DNA of 64,000 nucleotides from Longimicrobiales bacterium (GCA_963422615.1 OY730414.1:124001-188000); one strand, 5' to 3'. Positions 37,844 to 48,808 are shown, numbered from the stretch's first letter. Notes: generated by a model from the sequence alone, not told the origin. Made by a program: numbers and translations.

Positions 37844-40800
37844 ATGCAAGAGAGTCCCATGAGCCTGCTGCTTCCCAGGAAAACCAGGGCCACGTCCATC
37901 GGCCGACCCCGGCCCTCGGCCTTTCTCGGTTCGGTCCGCGCCGCTTCGCGCTGCGGCTGTTGGCCTCCCCGCCCGGCCCGTGCTGTCTCGGCTGTGGCCA
38001 CGCTGTTCGCCCTGGTTGCCTTGACGCAGACGCTGATCCCGACCCTGGCTGCCGCCCAGACCACCCCCAGCCCTTCTGCCTACACCGCCCTGGAGTGGCG
38101 ACACATCGGCCCCGAGGGGAACCGCTTCTCCGCAGCGGCCGGGATTTCGGGAGACCGCCACACCTACTACGTGGGCGCGGCCTCCGGGGGCATCTACAAG
38201 ACCACCGACGGCGGCGTGCACTGGGACGCGATCTTCGACGACCAGCCCGTGCAGTCGATCGGCGCCTTGGCCGTCTCCTCCACCGACCCGAACATTGTTT
38301 GGGCGGGCACCGGTGAAGGCAAGATCCGCAGTCACATTTCAGTCGGACAGGGGGTCTACAAGTCCGTTGACGCCGGCCGAACCTGGTCCCTCATGGGCCT
38401 TGAGCAGACGGGCCGCGTTCCTCGGATCGCAATCCATCCCACGGATCCGAGCACGGTCTTCGTGTGCGCCCTGGGCCACGCCTACGGACCCCAACCGGAG
38501 CGGGGCGTCTTCCGCACGCGGGACGGCGGAGAAACATGGGAGCGCGTGCTCTTCGTTGACGAGCACACGGGGTGCTCGGACATCGCCTTGGACTCGTCGA
38601 ATCCCCGAGTCCTCTTTGCGGGCACCTGGCAGCTCGAAATCCACACCTGGGGGCGCACGAGCGGAGGCCCCGGCGGCGGCCTCCACGTATCGCGGGACGG
38701 CGGAGACACGTGGAAAAAGCTGTCCGGTCCGGGCAACGAAATCGGGCTCCCCAGGCTACCTGTCGGAAAGGTGGCCGTGGCCGTGGCCCCGTCGAACCCC
38801 GGGCGGGTCTACGCAATGTTGGAAACCGGTGACGGCATCCCCTGGGACGGCCGGGAGACGGAGGACGGTCAGGTCTGGCGCTCGGAAAACGGCGGACGAA
38901 GCTGGGCCCTCATCACCCGCAACCGTAACGCCATGGGACGGCCGCACTACTACTCCCGCGTGGTCGTATCCCCTTCCGACGAAGACGAAGCGTATTTCCT
39001 GACCGCTTCGTTCTCCGTTTCGACCGATGGCGGGCGGACCCTGAACGTGGTGCCCCGGCCCCAAGCCCCGGGCGGCGATCACCACGACATGTGGATCGAC
39101 CCCGCCGACGCGGACCGCATGATCGTGGCCCACGACCAAGGACTTTCCATTTCGATCAACCGGGGCAAGACATGGTTCCGGCAGCGGCTCACGAACGCCC
39201 AGATGTACCACGTGACCGTGGACAACGCAGTTCCGTACAACGTGCTGGGCAACAAGCAGGACGAGCCCACCTACCGCGGCCCCAGCAACAGCCGAATCAT
39301 GGGGCAAAGGCGCATTACCGGGATTCCCCGCGGAATGTGGCACCACGTGGGCGGGGGAGAGAGCGGCTGGGCCACGCCCGATCCGACCGATCCGAACATC
39401 GTGTGGTCGTCGGCATCGGGGGCCGGGATGGTGGGGGGTATCGTGGTTCGCTACGAAGAGGATCGCCGCCAGTACCGCGGCGTCGAGGTTTGGCCGGAAC
39501 AGAGCCGGGGCGCCGCATCCGGCGTTCGTTACCGCTTCGTGTGGGACGCGCCCATTCATATTTCACCTCATGACAACCAAACCGTGTACGTCGGCAGCCA
39601 GCACGTCCACCGCACCCGGAATCGCGGACAAAGCTGGGAAGTCATCAGCCCCGACTTGACGTTGAACGACCGAAGCCGCATGGGACTTTCGGGAGGACTG
39701 ACCGGGGACAACATCGGCGTGGAATACGCCGGCACCGTCTTCGGGATCACGGAGTCGCCGATAGAAGCCGGGCTGATCTGGGTCGGAACGAACGACGGGC
39801 TCGTGCACATGACCCGCGACGGGGGAGCGAACTGGACGAACGTGACCGACAACGTTTCGGGCTTACCCGAGTGGATCGCCGTTCGCAGCATTGCCGCCTC
39901 CCGCTTCGACCCGGGCACGGCGTATCTGGCCGCGGACGGCCACCAAGTGAATATCCGCGACCCGCACATCTATCGCACCCGGGATTACGGCATGTCCTGG
40001 GAGAAGATCACCGACGGCATCCCGTCCAGCATGCTCAGCTACACGAAGGTGATCGTTGAGGACCCGAAGCGGCCCGGGCTCCTCTACGCGGGCACCGAAA
40101 ACGCAATCTATGTCTCGTTCGATCACGGCGACCGTTGGCAACCGCTTCAGAACAACCTCCCCCACGCGCCGGTCTCGGGCATCGTCATTCAGGAGCACTT
40201 CAACGACCTTGTCGTGGGCACCTACGGACGGGGCTTCTGGATCCTGGACGACCTTTCACCCCTGCAACAGCTCACGCCCGAGGCCTTGGCTTCCGCCTCT
40301 TACCTCTTCGCACCCAGGGACGCGTACCGCTTTCGGCCGATCACCCCGCCGTCGGTCCCTTACAGTGATCCCACGGAAGGTCGGGATCCGGAGTACGGCG
40401 CTTCCATCAACTACTGGCTGAATGAACCCGCCGAAGTCGCCCCGACTGTCGAAATCGTAGACGCCACGGGCGATGTCGTGCGGACGCTTTCGGGCTCCAA
40501 CCACCCCGGCGTGAACCGCATCCACTGGGACCTCCGGGACGAACCCAACCCCTCCATTCGGCTGTTGACCCGCCCGACCTACGCAGCGCACATCCCGGTC
40601 GAGGAGGAAGGCCGTCCGGCGCCGGGCGCCCGGCAGATCTCGATTCTCATGCCCCCGGGCCGGTACAGGGTGAGACTGACGGTCGGCGGTGAGACCCACG
40701 AGCAGCCTCTGACCATCGTCAAGGACCCGCATTCGGCGGGGAGTGAGCCGGACATCGCCGCGCAAGTCGCCTTCCTGCGCGACGTTCGGGAAGACGTCGT

Positions 40801-41197
40801 CGCGGCAGGCGAAGCGGTACACCGCACCGAAGCGATCCGCGTGCAGCTTGCAACGATGGCCCGTTTCGCCGACGACGAAGCCCTGACCGAAGCGATCTCC
40901 GCCCTGGATGACAAGCTGGTTGCCCTCCAGATGGACATGGTTGACCTTCGGCTCACGGGCCAAGGGCAGGACGGCGTCCGCTTCGAGGCCAAGCTCCTCC
41001 AGAAGCTGGGCTACCTTACCGGCGCCATTTCGGTTGCCGACTTTCCCCCGACGGACCAGGAACTCGAGGTGAAGACGCTGTTGCACGATCGGCTCCAGGA
41101 GCACCTGACCGCCTTGGACGCCCTTGTGGCCGACGATGTCGTCGAGTTGAACCGGATGCTCCGCGAACGGGGGATGCTGATCATCGCGGACGGGTGA
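37844..41197 (+). CDS. Exported VPS10/sortilin-like BNR (Asp-box) repeat beta-propeller protein, putative glycosyl hydrolase; start approximate
   Basis: LEWRHIGP, repeated S/TxDGGxxW Asp boxes, DHHDMWID, GTYGRGFWILDD. Confidence 0.9.
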   Translation: MQESPMSLLLPRKTRATSIGRPRPSAFLGSVRAASRCGCWPPRPARAVSAVATLFALVALTQTLIPTLAAAQTTPSPSAYTALEWRHIGPEGNRFSAAAGISGDRHTYYVGAASGGIYKTTDGGVHWDAIFDDQPVQSIGALAVSSTDPNIVWAGTGEGKIRSHISVGQGVYKSVDAGRTWSLMGLEQTGRVPRIAIHPTDPSTVFVCALGHAYGPQPERGVFRTRDGGETWERVLFVDEHTGCSDIALDSSNPRVLFAGTWQLEIHTWGRTSGGPGGGLHVSRDGGDTWKKLSGPGNEIGLPRLPVGKVAVAVAPSNPGRVYAMLETGDGIPWDGRETEDGQVWRSENGGRSWALITRNRNAMGRPHYYSRVVVSPSDEDEAYFLTASFSVSTDGGRTLNVVPRPQAPGGDHHDMWIDPADADRMIVAHDQGLSISINRGKTWFRQRLTNAQMYHVTVDNAVPYNVLGNKQDEPTYRGPSNSRIMGQRRITGIPRGMWHHVGGGESGWATPDPTDPNIVWSSASGAGMVGGIVVRYEEDRRQYRGVEVWPEQSRGAASGVRYRFVWDAPIHISPHDNQTVYVGSQHVHRTRNRGQSWEVISPDLTLNDRSRMGLSGGLTGDNIGVEYAGTVFGITESPIEAGLIWVGTNDGLVHMTRDGGANWTNVTDNVSGLPEWIAVRSIAASRFDPGTAYLAADGHQVNIRDPHIYRTRDYGMSWEKITDGIPSSMLSYTKVIVEDPKRPGLLYAGTENAIYVSFDHGDRWQPLQNNLPHAPVSGIVIQEHFNDLVVGTYGRGFWILDDLSPLQQLTPEALASASYLFAPRDAYRFRPITPPSVPYSDPTEGRDPEYGASINYWLNEPAEVAPTVEIVDATGDVVRTLSGSNHPGVNRIHWDLRDEPNPSIRLLTRPTYAAHIPVEEEGRPAPGARQISILMPPGRYRVRLTVGGETHEQPLTIVKDPHSAGSEPDIAAQVAFLRDVREDVVAAGEAVHRTEAIRVQLATMARFADDEALTEAISALDDKLVALQMDMVDLRLTGQGQDGVRFEAKLLQKLGYLTGAISVADFPPTDQELEVKTLLHDRLQEHLTALDALVADDVVELNRMLRERGMLIIADG

Positions 41198-41261
41198 GGC
41201 GGGCCAGCCGGTGCAGGTGGAACCGGCGCTGCGGAAGCCGACCGCTACCGCCTCCGAACTC

Positions 41262-41696
41262 CTACCGAGTATCGCCCTTCCCGCCGGGGTAGCCCGCCGC
41301 ATCTCCCGTTTCGGTCAGATACAGGGTCGGACCCGGCAGGGTATTACCCTTTGCTTTGACGTCGAACTCGTACCGGCCGGGCACCGGGAACACGATATCC
41401 TTCAGGGGCATGACGAGGCGGGTCCGGGGTGGCGGGCGATCGCCAGGGCGAGGCTTCACCTCCGAATGGCCTTCGACGGTGAGCGTAGGCTTCCCCGTGG
41501 GACTCCGAACATTGACCTGAAAGGCGTAACGGCCGGCGTCTTCTCGATCCCACTCCAAAACCAGAACCAGGGTCATGTGGGCCTGACGGGCGGGAAACCC
41601 CGGAGCGTAGAGGTCAAGGAAGATCCCGTGAACATCAAGCTTACCGTCCCGGGTGGCCGTCGCGTGGTCGCAGAGGGCCGAAGCCAGGAGCTTCAT
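41262..41696 (-). CDS. Hypothetical protein (DUF6941-like)
   Basis: LCDHA..DGKLDVHGIF..FPVPGRYEF pattern; overlaps upstream stop. Confidence 0.72.
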   Translation of the reverse strand: MKLLASALCDHATATRDGKLDVHGIFLDLYAPGFPARQAHMTLVLVLEWDREDAGRYAFQVNVRSPTGKPTLTVEGHSEVKPRPGDRPPPRTRLVMPLKDIVFPVPGRYEFDVKAKGNTLPGPTLYLTETGDAAGYPGGKGDTR

Positions 41697-43372
41697 CGAA
41701 CCCTACCGGCAACCGGGCCCGATCCCCCCGGACCCGGTGTGACAACGGGGCCGTTCGACACCATGGATTCTTTCCCGTCGTTCCTTCTCGTTTCACCCCG
41801 ACCCCACCCGCCCCCGCCGGGGGTCCGCACGCTCACGGTGTCTCCGGCCTTCAAACGGATCGTGGCCTTTCCTCCCAAGGCCATCTCTTCGCCCTTCCGA
41901 ACCAGCACGTTCGCCCCCGGAGCCCCCGGCCGACCTCCCTGGGCTCCCGCCGGACCCCGGGCCCGACGATCGCTGAGCAGTGTGACGGAGGCGTCGGCAA
42001 GGAGCATAATGTCCCGGCGCAGACCGTCGCCACCCGGGTGGAGGCCTTCGCCTCCGCTGCCTCGGCGGATCTCGTAGCGCACGACTCGGAAGGGATAGGC
42101 GTGCTCAAGGGCCTCCACCGGCGTGTTGAGGGAGTTGGACATATGACAGTGGACGCCCGAGAGGCCGGGCCCTTCAGGTCCGGCGCCCATTCCCCCACCG
42201 ACGGTCTCGTAGTAGGCGAAGGCCTCCCCCGTCCGGGGATCGACCCCCCCCATGGCCGTGTTGTTCATCGTTCCCTGCGACAGGGCGGGCATCAGGTCCG
42301 GGAGGGCTTGGGCAAAGGCAAGCATCAGGGCATCGGTGATCCGCTGGCTGGTCTCCACGTTGCCCGCGGCGACGGAGGCGGGGGGCCGGGCATTCACCAA
42401 CGAGCCCTCCGGGAGACGGAGCTCCACCCGATTCATGGTCCCGCCTCCCGCGGGCAAGCTCTCCCCCAACAGAGCTTCCACCACGCAGCGAACCACGTAC
42501 CGGGTCGCCGAAGTGGTGATCGCGGCCACGGCATTGATCCCGCCTTGCGCCTGCGGTGCGGTCCCCTGGAAGTCGGCGGTCAGCCTCCGGCCCTTCACCG
42601 TCAAGGTCACCTGAATCGGGTGGGGACCCGACCCAAAGCCGTCATCTTCCAGGGAGTCCGTAGCCGAATAGGAACCGTCGGGGATCTGCTCCAGACCCGC
42701 CGCCACGAGCCGGTCGGCATACGCTACAAGGGCGTCCATCGCCGCCAGCGTCTGCGGAAGGCCCCGGGCGGCCACGATCTCCAGAAGGCGAGTGGTGCCC
42801 GCGTGGAGCGCGGCCAGCTGCGCGTCCAGGTCCCCGGCCCGCTCTTCCGGGGTCCGCACGTTGGCGAGGATGGTGCGCCACAGGCCGTCGTTGCGGGCTC
42901 CCCGGTCGTACAGCCGCACCGGGGGAATCCGGAGCCCTTCCTGGAAGATCTCCCGGGCCAGAGGCATGGAGCCGGGGGACATTCCTCCAACGTCGGAGTG
43001 GTGAGCCCGAGACGCCACGAAGCCGATCGGATCTCCCCCGGCCCCGCCGGCGTAGACGGGAGCAACCAGCGTTACGTCGGGCAGGTGGGTGCCCCCGTTG
43101 AAGGGGTCATTGAGGCAGGCCACGTCCCCCAGTTCCAGACGTCCCAGGACGTCGAGGGCGGCGGTTACGCTCATGGGCATGGCCCCCAAGTGAACGGGCA
43201 TGTGGTCGCCCAGCGCGACACCCGTTCCGGCAGCATTGAAGAGGGCGCAGGAATAGTCCCTCCGCTCCTTGATGTTGGGAGAGAAGGAGGTGCGCTTCAG
43301 GGCCGCCCCCATCTCTTCGGCGAGGGCCGTGAACAGGTGGCGGAAGACTTCCAGGGTTACCGAATCGGTCAT
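41693..43372 (-). CDS. Hydantoinase B/oxoprolinase family protein
   Basis: SPNIKERRDYSCALF, NDPFNGGTHLPD, AHHSDVGG, QGTMNN, TPGGGGWG. Confidence 0.94.
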   Translation of the reverse strand: MTDSVTLEVFRHLFTALAEEMGAALKRTSFSPNIKERRDYSCALFNAAGTGVALGDHMPVHLGAMPMSVTAALDVLGRLELGDVACLNDPFNGGTHLPDVTLVAPVYAGGAGGDPIGFVASRAHHSDVGGMSPGSMPLAREIFQEGLRIPPVRLYDRGARNDGLWRTILANVRTPEERAGDLDAQLAALHAGTTRLLEIVAARGLPQTLAAMDALVAYADRLVAAGLEQIPDGSYSATDSLEDDGFGSGPHPIQVTLTVKGRRLTADFQGTAPQAQGGINAVAAITTSATRYVVRCVVEALLGESLPAGGGTMNRVELRLPEGSLVNARPPASVAAGNVETSQRITDALMLAFAQALPDLMPALSQGTMNNTAMGGVDPRTGEAFAYYETVGGGMGAGPEGPGLSGVHCHMSNSLNTPVEALEHAYPFRVVRYEIRRGSGGEGLHPGGDGLRRDIMLLADASVTLLSDRRARGPAGAQGGRPGAPGANVLVRKGEEMALGGKATIRLKAGDTVSVRTPGGGGWGRGETRRNDGKESMVSNGPVVTPGPGGSGPVAGRVR

Positions 43373-43512
43373 CTTCCGTCGGCAAACGCTTCTGCGGCAC
43401 GGCGGCCTGGGTTACTTGCCATGGGCATTTCTTGGCCTAGTTTAGGGGCTCCGCCTGCCGGGTAACCGTTGGGCGCAAATTGGATAACGAGGCAATCAAG
43501 TAACGAGGAGGT

Positions 43513-43809
43513 GTGGTGCCGAAGCAAGAGCCGATGGACCGGGCGCGAGACGAGTTATTCAGTCACATCCACCGTTGTGACGTGTTGAAAGCAAGTACGG
43601 CCGACCAAGACACCTGGATGAACGAGACCATGGAGTACTTGGCCGAACGCTACCCCGACCTGGACATGAAGGACCTGGTTCGGTTGAAGGCCGTGGGGAT
43701 GCAGTTCTGTAAACCCGTAATCTCCCGGCTCAAGAGGAGAGAGCCCGCCGGGGCCGCCCAGACCGGGGAGGAATTGACCCACACTCTGGCGGTTCCTCCG
43801 GAGGCCTGA
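43513..43809 (+). CDS. Small hypothetical protein
   Basis: Strong RBS GAGGAGG; DRARDELFSHIHRC helical protein. Confidence 0.75.
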   Translation: MVPKQEPMDRARDELFSHIHRCDVLKASTADQDTWMNETMEYLAERYPDLDMKDLVRLKAVGMQFCKPVISRLKRREPAGAAQTGEELTHTLAVPPEA

Positions 43810-43878
43810 GCCGGGACGGCAGTTTCCGCCTTTCCGTCCTATGCGAATCATTCTTATCTAAAACAAGGAAGCCATTCC

Positions 43879-44979
43879 ATGACGAGCCGTCGTGATTTCC
43901 TGAAGGCATCCGCCGGGGCGAGCGTGGGAGCCGCGGTTGGTATAGGGACCGCCCATCCCCTGGCGGGTGCACCCGCGGTGCGCAGGAGCGTCGTCACCCC
44001 TGTATCTGTCGCCAGCGGCAATGGCCTGGAAGCGGTGGGGACCGCTATCCGGATCGTCGAAGAGGGCGGGGATACGCTGGACGCCGTGGTTCAGGGAGTG
44101 AACCTGGTAGAGCAGGACCCGAACGATTCCTCCGTCGGATACGGGGGACTGCCCAACCAGGACGGCGTGGTCCAGCTGGATTCGTCGGTTATGCACGGTC
44201 CCAGCCGGGGAGCCGGGGCCGTCGCGGCCCTTGAAGGGATCAAGACGCCCTCCCGGGTAGCCACGGAAGTAATGCGCTACACCGACCACGTGCTCCTGGT
44301 GGGCAAGGGGGCCCAGCGCTTTGCCGTGTCCATGGGCCACCGTCTGGAAGACCTTCTCACGGAACGTTCCCGGCGCCGTTGGATCGAATGGCGCGCCCGC
44401 CTGAGCGACAGGGACGACTACCTGACCCCGGAGGAGTCCGGATACAAAGGCAACCCCTTCGAGGATGAAGCGGACTACGGCACGGGTCTCCTGGACTCCC
44501 ACGACGGGGTGCGTCCCCAGGGCACCATCAACTGCAACGTCATCAACCGGAACGGGGACCTTTCCGGGGTGACCACCACCTCCGGTCTGGCTTGGAAAAT
44601 CCCCGGTCGGGTGGGAGATTCACCCATCGTGGGAGCCGGGCTGTACGTGGACAACGACGTCGGGGCTTGCGGGTCCACCGGACGGGGGGAGGCCGTCATC
44701 AAGACCTGCGGTTCCCACACGGTCGTAGAGCTCATGCGTTCGGGGATGGCCCCCCAGGACGCGTGCCTGGAGGCCCTGCGGCGCATCGTTACGTTCACCG
44801 TGGAACCCCGCCTCCGGAACGCGGAGGGCCGCCCGAACTTCAACGTGAACTACTACGCCGTGAACAAGAACGGGGAGTATGGGGGCGCTGCCATCTGGTC
44901 CGGCGCGCGTTTCGCGGTGTGTGTGGACGGCGACAGTCGCCATGAAGACTCGGCTTTCCTCTACGAAAGGAGTCGCTGA
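43879..44979 (+). CDS. Tat-exported N(4)-(beta-N-acetylglucosaminyl)-L-asparaginase (Ntn hydrolase)
   Basis: SRRDFLK Tat motif, SVGYGGLPN, GTI nucleophile, TSGLAWKIPGRVGDSP, TGRGE. Confidence 0.93.
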   Translation: MTSRRDFLKASAGASVGAAVGIGTAHPLAGAPAVRRSVVTPVSVASGNGLEAVGTAIRIVEEGGDTLDAVVQGVNLVEQDPNDSSVGYGGLPNQDGVVQLDSSVMHGPSRGAGAVAALEGIKTPSRVATEVMRYTDHVLLVGKGAQRFAVSMGHRLEDLLTERSRRRWIEWRARLSDRDDYLTPEESGYKGNPFEDEADYGTGLLDSHDGVRPQGTINCNVINRNGDLSGVTTTSGLAWKIPGRVGDSPIVGAGLYVDNDVGACGSTGRGEAVIKTCGSHTVVELMRSGMAPQDACLEALRRIVTFTVEPRLRNAEGRPNFNVNYYAVNKNGEYGGAAIWSGARFAVCVDGDSRHEDSAFLYERSR

Positions 44980-45467
44980 TTAATAGCAGCAGCAAGGAAT
45001 CGGGTGGAAGCCGCGAGAAGGCCGTCACCCCGAAAACGAGCACTGCTCCCAAGAAGCGTACCGTAGCCAAGAAGGCCGCGGGGCGGTCAAAGGTGGTCCC
45101 GAAGAAGGAGCGTGGCAGGATCGGCTTCGGCGTGTCCCAGCTTTCCGAGGTGATGAAGGCGGAACGCCTCCACTGCAGCGGACGCCAGGTGCCCTCCCCC
45201 ATGGGCGGGTTCCTGGTTGACTTGGGCGTTCGAGCGGAAGCCAACGGAACGAGTACGGTCCTTTTCGAGTGCAAGACATCTGCCCTTCGGTACGAGCTTC
45301 CCCTCCGCATCAGTACCTGGAGGGAGCGGCGCAAAGTGAAAGGCCAGGTCGAAGAGGGCCTGGACCCCATGTGTCCCAGGGGAGGGAAGCTGGGGCCCCC
45401 CTTGGTCCGTCGAGAGAAAGATTGGTATTGTCCTCGCTGCAGCCTCATGTTTGGAAGGGTGCTGTAA
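44976..45467 (+). CDS. Hypothetical Zn-ribbon protein with Lys-rich N-terminus; possible non-canonical start
   Basis: CPR..WYCPRC; frame open back to CTG/ATT at 44976/44979 after GAAAGGAG. Confidence 0.7.
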   Translation: MINSSSKESGGSREKAVTPKTSTAPKKRTVAKKAAGRSKVVPKKERGRIGFGVSQLSEVMKAERLHCSGRQVPSPMGGFLVDLGVRAEANGTSTVLFECKTSALRYELPLRISTWRERRKVKGQVEEGLDPMCPRGGKLGPPLVRREKDWYCPRCSLMFGRVL

Positions 45468-45551
45468 CGGACTTGCCCCGCTCCGGGATCGGGACTAGGG
45501 CCCGCACCCGGGGAAGGCCGACGGATCCTTATGTCGGGGAGACGGACTTAC

Positions 45552-46661
45552 GTGACCAGGATTGCGGTGATCGGCGGGGACGGAATCGGCCCCGAGGTCA
45601 TCCTTACCGCCAAGTCCGTGCTGTCGGCCGCCGCCCGGAAGCATGGCGTGCCCCTCTCCCTGGAATCATGGAACCTGGGCGCGGACCGCTACCTCCGGGA
45701 AGGGGTGACCCTAACGGACGCGGAGCGAGACCGCCTGATCGGCGAATACGACGCCGCGTTCCTGGGTGCCCTGGGAGACCCTCGAGTTCCCGACAACGTG
45801 CACGCTCGGGACATCCTCCTGGGGCTCCGCTCTCACGCCGACCTGTACATCAACTTTCGGCCCTGCAGGCTTCTCCTCCCCGCCCTCTCCCCTCTCAAGA
45901 ACCCGGATCCGACAATCGACCTGGTTTTCTTCCGCGAAAACACCGAAGGATTCTACGCCGGGGCCGGAGGGAGCCTGAAGGCTGGAACCCCGGACGAAGT
46001 TGCCGTCCAGGAAAGCCTCAACACGTACAAGAGCGTAGAGCGCATCGTCCGGGCAGCCTTTGAGTACGCCACGACGGATGGCCGAAGACGGGTCACGCTG
46101 GTAGACAAGGCCAACGTCCTCTCTCACGAAGGGGCCCTCTGGCGGCGGGTCTTCGCCGAGGTCGGGGCCGAGTTCCCCGACATGACCCGGGACGCCATGT
46201 ACGTGGATGCCATGGCCATGGACCTGGTGCGCCGCCCCCAGCGTTACGATGTGGTGGTCACCTCCAACCTCTTCGGCGACATCTTGAGCGACCTGGCCGC
46301 GCAAATCACCGGCGGGCTGGGACTCGCGCCTTCCGGGAACTTGAATCCGGGGTCGTGGGCCCTCTTCGAACCCGTGCACGGTTCGGCTCCGGACATCGCC
46401 GGGTCCGGCCTTGCCAATCCGGTGGCCGCCATCGGGTGTGTACCCCTCATGTTCAGATACCTGGGACACGAAGAGGCCGCAGCCGATGTGGAGAAGTGTA
46501 TTCTGGCTTCCCTCGCCGAAGGCGTGACGACGCCCGACCTGGGAGGGCAAGCCACGACCCGGGAAGTCGGAGAGTGGATCTCGAAAAGGATTGCCCTTCA
46601 GGCAGGGCCCTCAACAACCCGTCGGTCCACTGCCCTGCCGCACGAGACTTCCCTTGGCTAG
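45552..46661 (+). CDS. 3-isopropylmalate/isocitrate dehydrogenase family protein (LeuB-like)
   Basis: GGDGIGPEV, RENTEG, DKANVL, NLFGDILSD, FEPVHGSAPDIAG. Confidence 0.93.
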   Translation: MTRIAVIGGDGIGPEVILTAKSVLSAAARKHGVPLSLESWNLGADRYLREGVTLTDAERDRLIGEYDAAFLGALGDPRVPDNVHARDILLGLRSHADLYINFRPCRLLLPALSPLKNPDPTIDLVFFRENTEGFYAGAGGSLKAGTPDEVAVQESLNTYKSVERIVRAAFEYATTDGRRRVTLVDKANVLSHEGALWRRVFAEVGAEFPDMTRDAMYVDAMAMDLVRRPQRYDVVVTSNLFGDILSDLAAQITGGLGLAPSGNLNPGSWALFEPVHGSAPDIAGSGLANPVAAIGCVPLMFRYLGHEEAAADVEKCILASLAEGVTTPDLGGQATTREVGEWISKRIALQAGPSTTRRSTALPHETSLG

Positions 46662-46705
46662 TTTGGGTGTCCTTAAGACCGGGAATTTTGATGGGAGAGT
46701 CGCGG

Positions 46706-47910
46706 ATGGGAACACAGGGCTTCGACAAGGGGGTCGTCTTCCTCTCCGGGAAGCGCACGCCCTTCGGAACCTTCGGCGGATCGCTCAAGGACTTCACGGC
46801 CACCGATCTTGCCGTGTGTTCCGCGAACGGGGCGCTGGAGGCAGGGAGCGTCGGTCCGAACCGAGTGGACCACGTCGTCTACGCAACGCCCTCCAGACCT
46901 CCCCCGACGCGATATACCTGGCCCGTCATGTCGGGCTGCGGGTGGGTGTGTCCGAGGAAGTCGGAGCCCTCACGGTGAACCGACTGTGCGGTTCCGGTTT
47001 TCAGGCCATCGTATCCGGGGCGCAGGAGATCCTTCTTGGGAGCGCAAACGTCGTGCTGTGCGGCGGCACCGAGTCCATGAGCCAAGCCCCGCATGTGGTT
47101 CGAGGGGCCCGCTGGGGATCCCTGCGGTTGGGGCCCACAGATGGGGCGTTGCAGGATCTGCTCTGGGAGGCCCTGCTGGATTCGTACTGCGGCCTCACCA
47201 TGGCCCAAACCGCCGAGCGGCTGGCTGAACAGTATGACGTGACCCGAGACGAGGCGGATCGCGTTGCGTTCAACAGCCAGCGCCGGGCAAAGGCGGCCTG
47301 GGATGCGGGCCGCTTCGACGCCGAGGTCGTCCCCGTGACCGTCAAGACCCGGAAGGGCGAGAGCCGTTTCGCCGTCGACGAACACATCCGCCCCGAAACG
47401 ACCTTGGAAGCACTGTCCGCCCTCCGGCCCTACTTCAAGAAGGACGGATTGGTCACGGCGGGCAATGCCAGCGGCATCGGGGATGGAGCCGCTTCGGTGG
47501 TTTTGGCGGCGGGAGAATGGGCCGCTGCAAACGGGGTGTCTCCGATCGGTCGCCTGGTCTCTTGGGGATTTGCCGGCGTTGACCCGAAGGTCATGGGGAT
47601 CGGGCCCGCACCCGCCGCTCGAGTGGCCCTCTCCAGGGCCGGGCTTTCCCTGGAGGAGATGGATCTGGTCGAAGTCAACGAAGCCTTCGCCCCGCAGTAC
47701 AAGGCCGTCGAGAAAGAGCTGGGGCTCGATTCGGAGCGTACGAACGTCAACGGCGGCGCCATCGCCATCACCCATCCCCTGGCGGCCTCGGGCGCCAGGA
47801 TTACCCTTCATCTGCTTCACGAGCTCCGGCGCCGGGGGGCCCGGTACGGCCTCGGCTCCGCTTGTATCGGGGGCGGCCAAGGCGGGGCCGTGGTGGTCGA
47901 GGCATACTGA
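46706..47910 (+). pseudogene. Acetyl-CoA C-acyltransferase (thiolase) with a 1-nt frameshift near 46883
   Basis: RTPFGTFGGSL..HVVY in one frame; NALQ..NRLCGSG..NEAFA..HPLAASG..CIGGGQG in another; may be a sequencing error. Confidence 0.85.
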
Positions 47911-47941
47911 CCGGGGCCGCCGTGTCCCATTTGGTCCGGCC

Positions 47942-48808
47942 ATGAGCCTCGGGGACCCACTGAACCGCCGGGAGTTCGACGAGGTCATGCGTCGGGCGGC
48001 CGATCTGGCCGCCGCAGAGCCCGATTCGGCAGAGGAAGGGTTTCGCGACGCCGAAGTGGTGCGTATTGCGCGGGAGGCCGGGCTCGCCGAACGCCACGTG
48101 CGCCGGGCGCTGGCCGATGTGCGAACGGGCCGCAGCCTCAGGGCCGGCCGGCGCTACGGTGGGTTTCGCGAGCTTTTCGGAAACGGAACCGTCCACGCGA
48201 GCCGGACCATCAACCAGCCCCGGGCCCGGATCATCCGGGAACTGGACGAATTCATGGTCGCAGGACAACTTCTGCAAAGGGTTCGACGCAAGAACGATCT
48301 GCTCCAGTACAGACCCGCCATCGACTGGGCGTCAAGGGTAGCCCGGGCCGCGAGCTCCACCTCCCGCAAGCACTACGTCGCGGCCGCCCGGCTCGTGGAG
48401 ATCAGCCTGGAAGCGCTGGACGGCCGTTCCACCCTCGTGAAAATCGATGTGGACCCCGGTATCATCAACAACTACCGGACCGGAGCGATCCTGGGCGGCA
48501 CCGTCGTAGGCGCCGTCGTCGGTCTGGGTGCGGGTGCGACAATTTCCGCCCTCTTCGCCCTCGCCCCCCTGACGCTAACCGCAGGTAGCGGGATGATCGC
48601 CGGGGCCGGGGCCGCCCTGATCGTGGCCATGCTGACCGGGTGGGGGTTTTGGCGGAGAATTGGCGAAGTACAATCCGAAGTGGAGGGGATCCTGGACGGA
48701 CTGGAGAGCGGAACGGGGCTGGAGCCGCCCCCGCCGGCGTGGCGGCGATGGGTCCAGCGCCACTTTCACGGGGTCGCCCGGGAGATGATGGGTAGCCGCA
48801 GGGAATGA
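47942..48808 (+). CDS. Hypothetical membrane protein
   Basis: EFDEVMRRAA..IAREAGL N-terminus and two C-terminal TMs. Confidence 0.75.
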   Translation: MSLGDPLNRREFDEVMRRAADLAAAEPDSAEEGFRDAEVVRIAREAGLAERHVRRALADVRTGRSLRAGRRYGGFRELFGNGTVHASRTINQPRARIIRELDEFMVAGQLLQRVRRKNDLLQYRPAIDWASRVARAASSTSRKHYVAAARLVEISLEALDGRSTLVKIDVDPGIINNYRTGAILGGTVVGAVVGLGAGATISALFALAPLTLTAGSGMIAGAGAALIVAMLTGWGFWRRIGEVQSEVEGILDGLESGTGLEPPPPAWRRWVQRHFHGVAREMMGSRRE

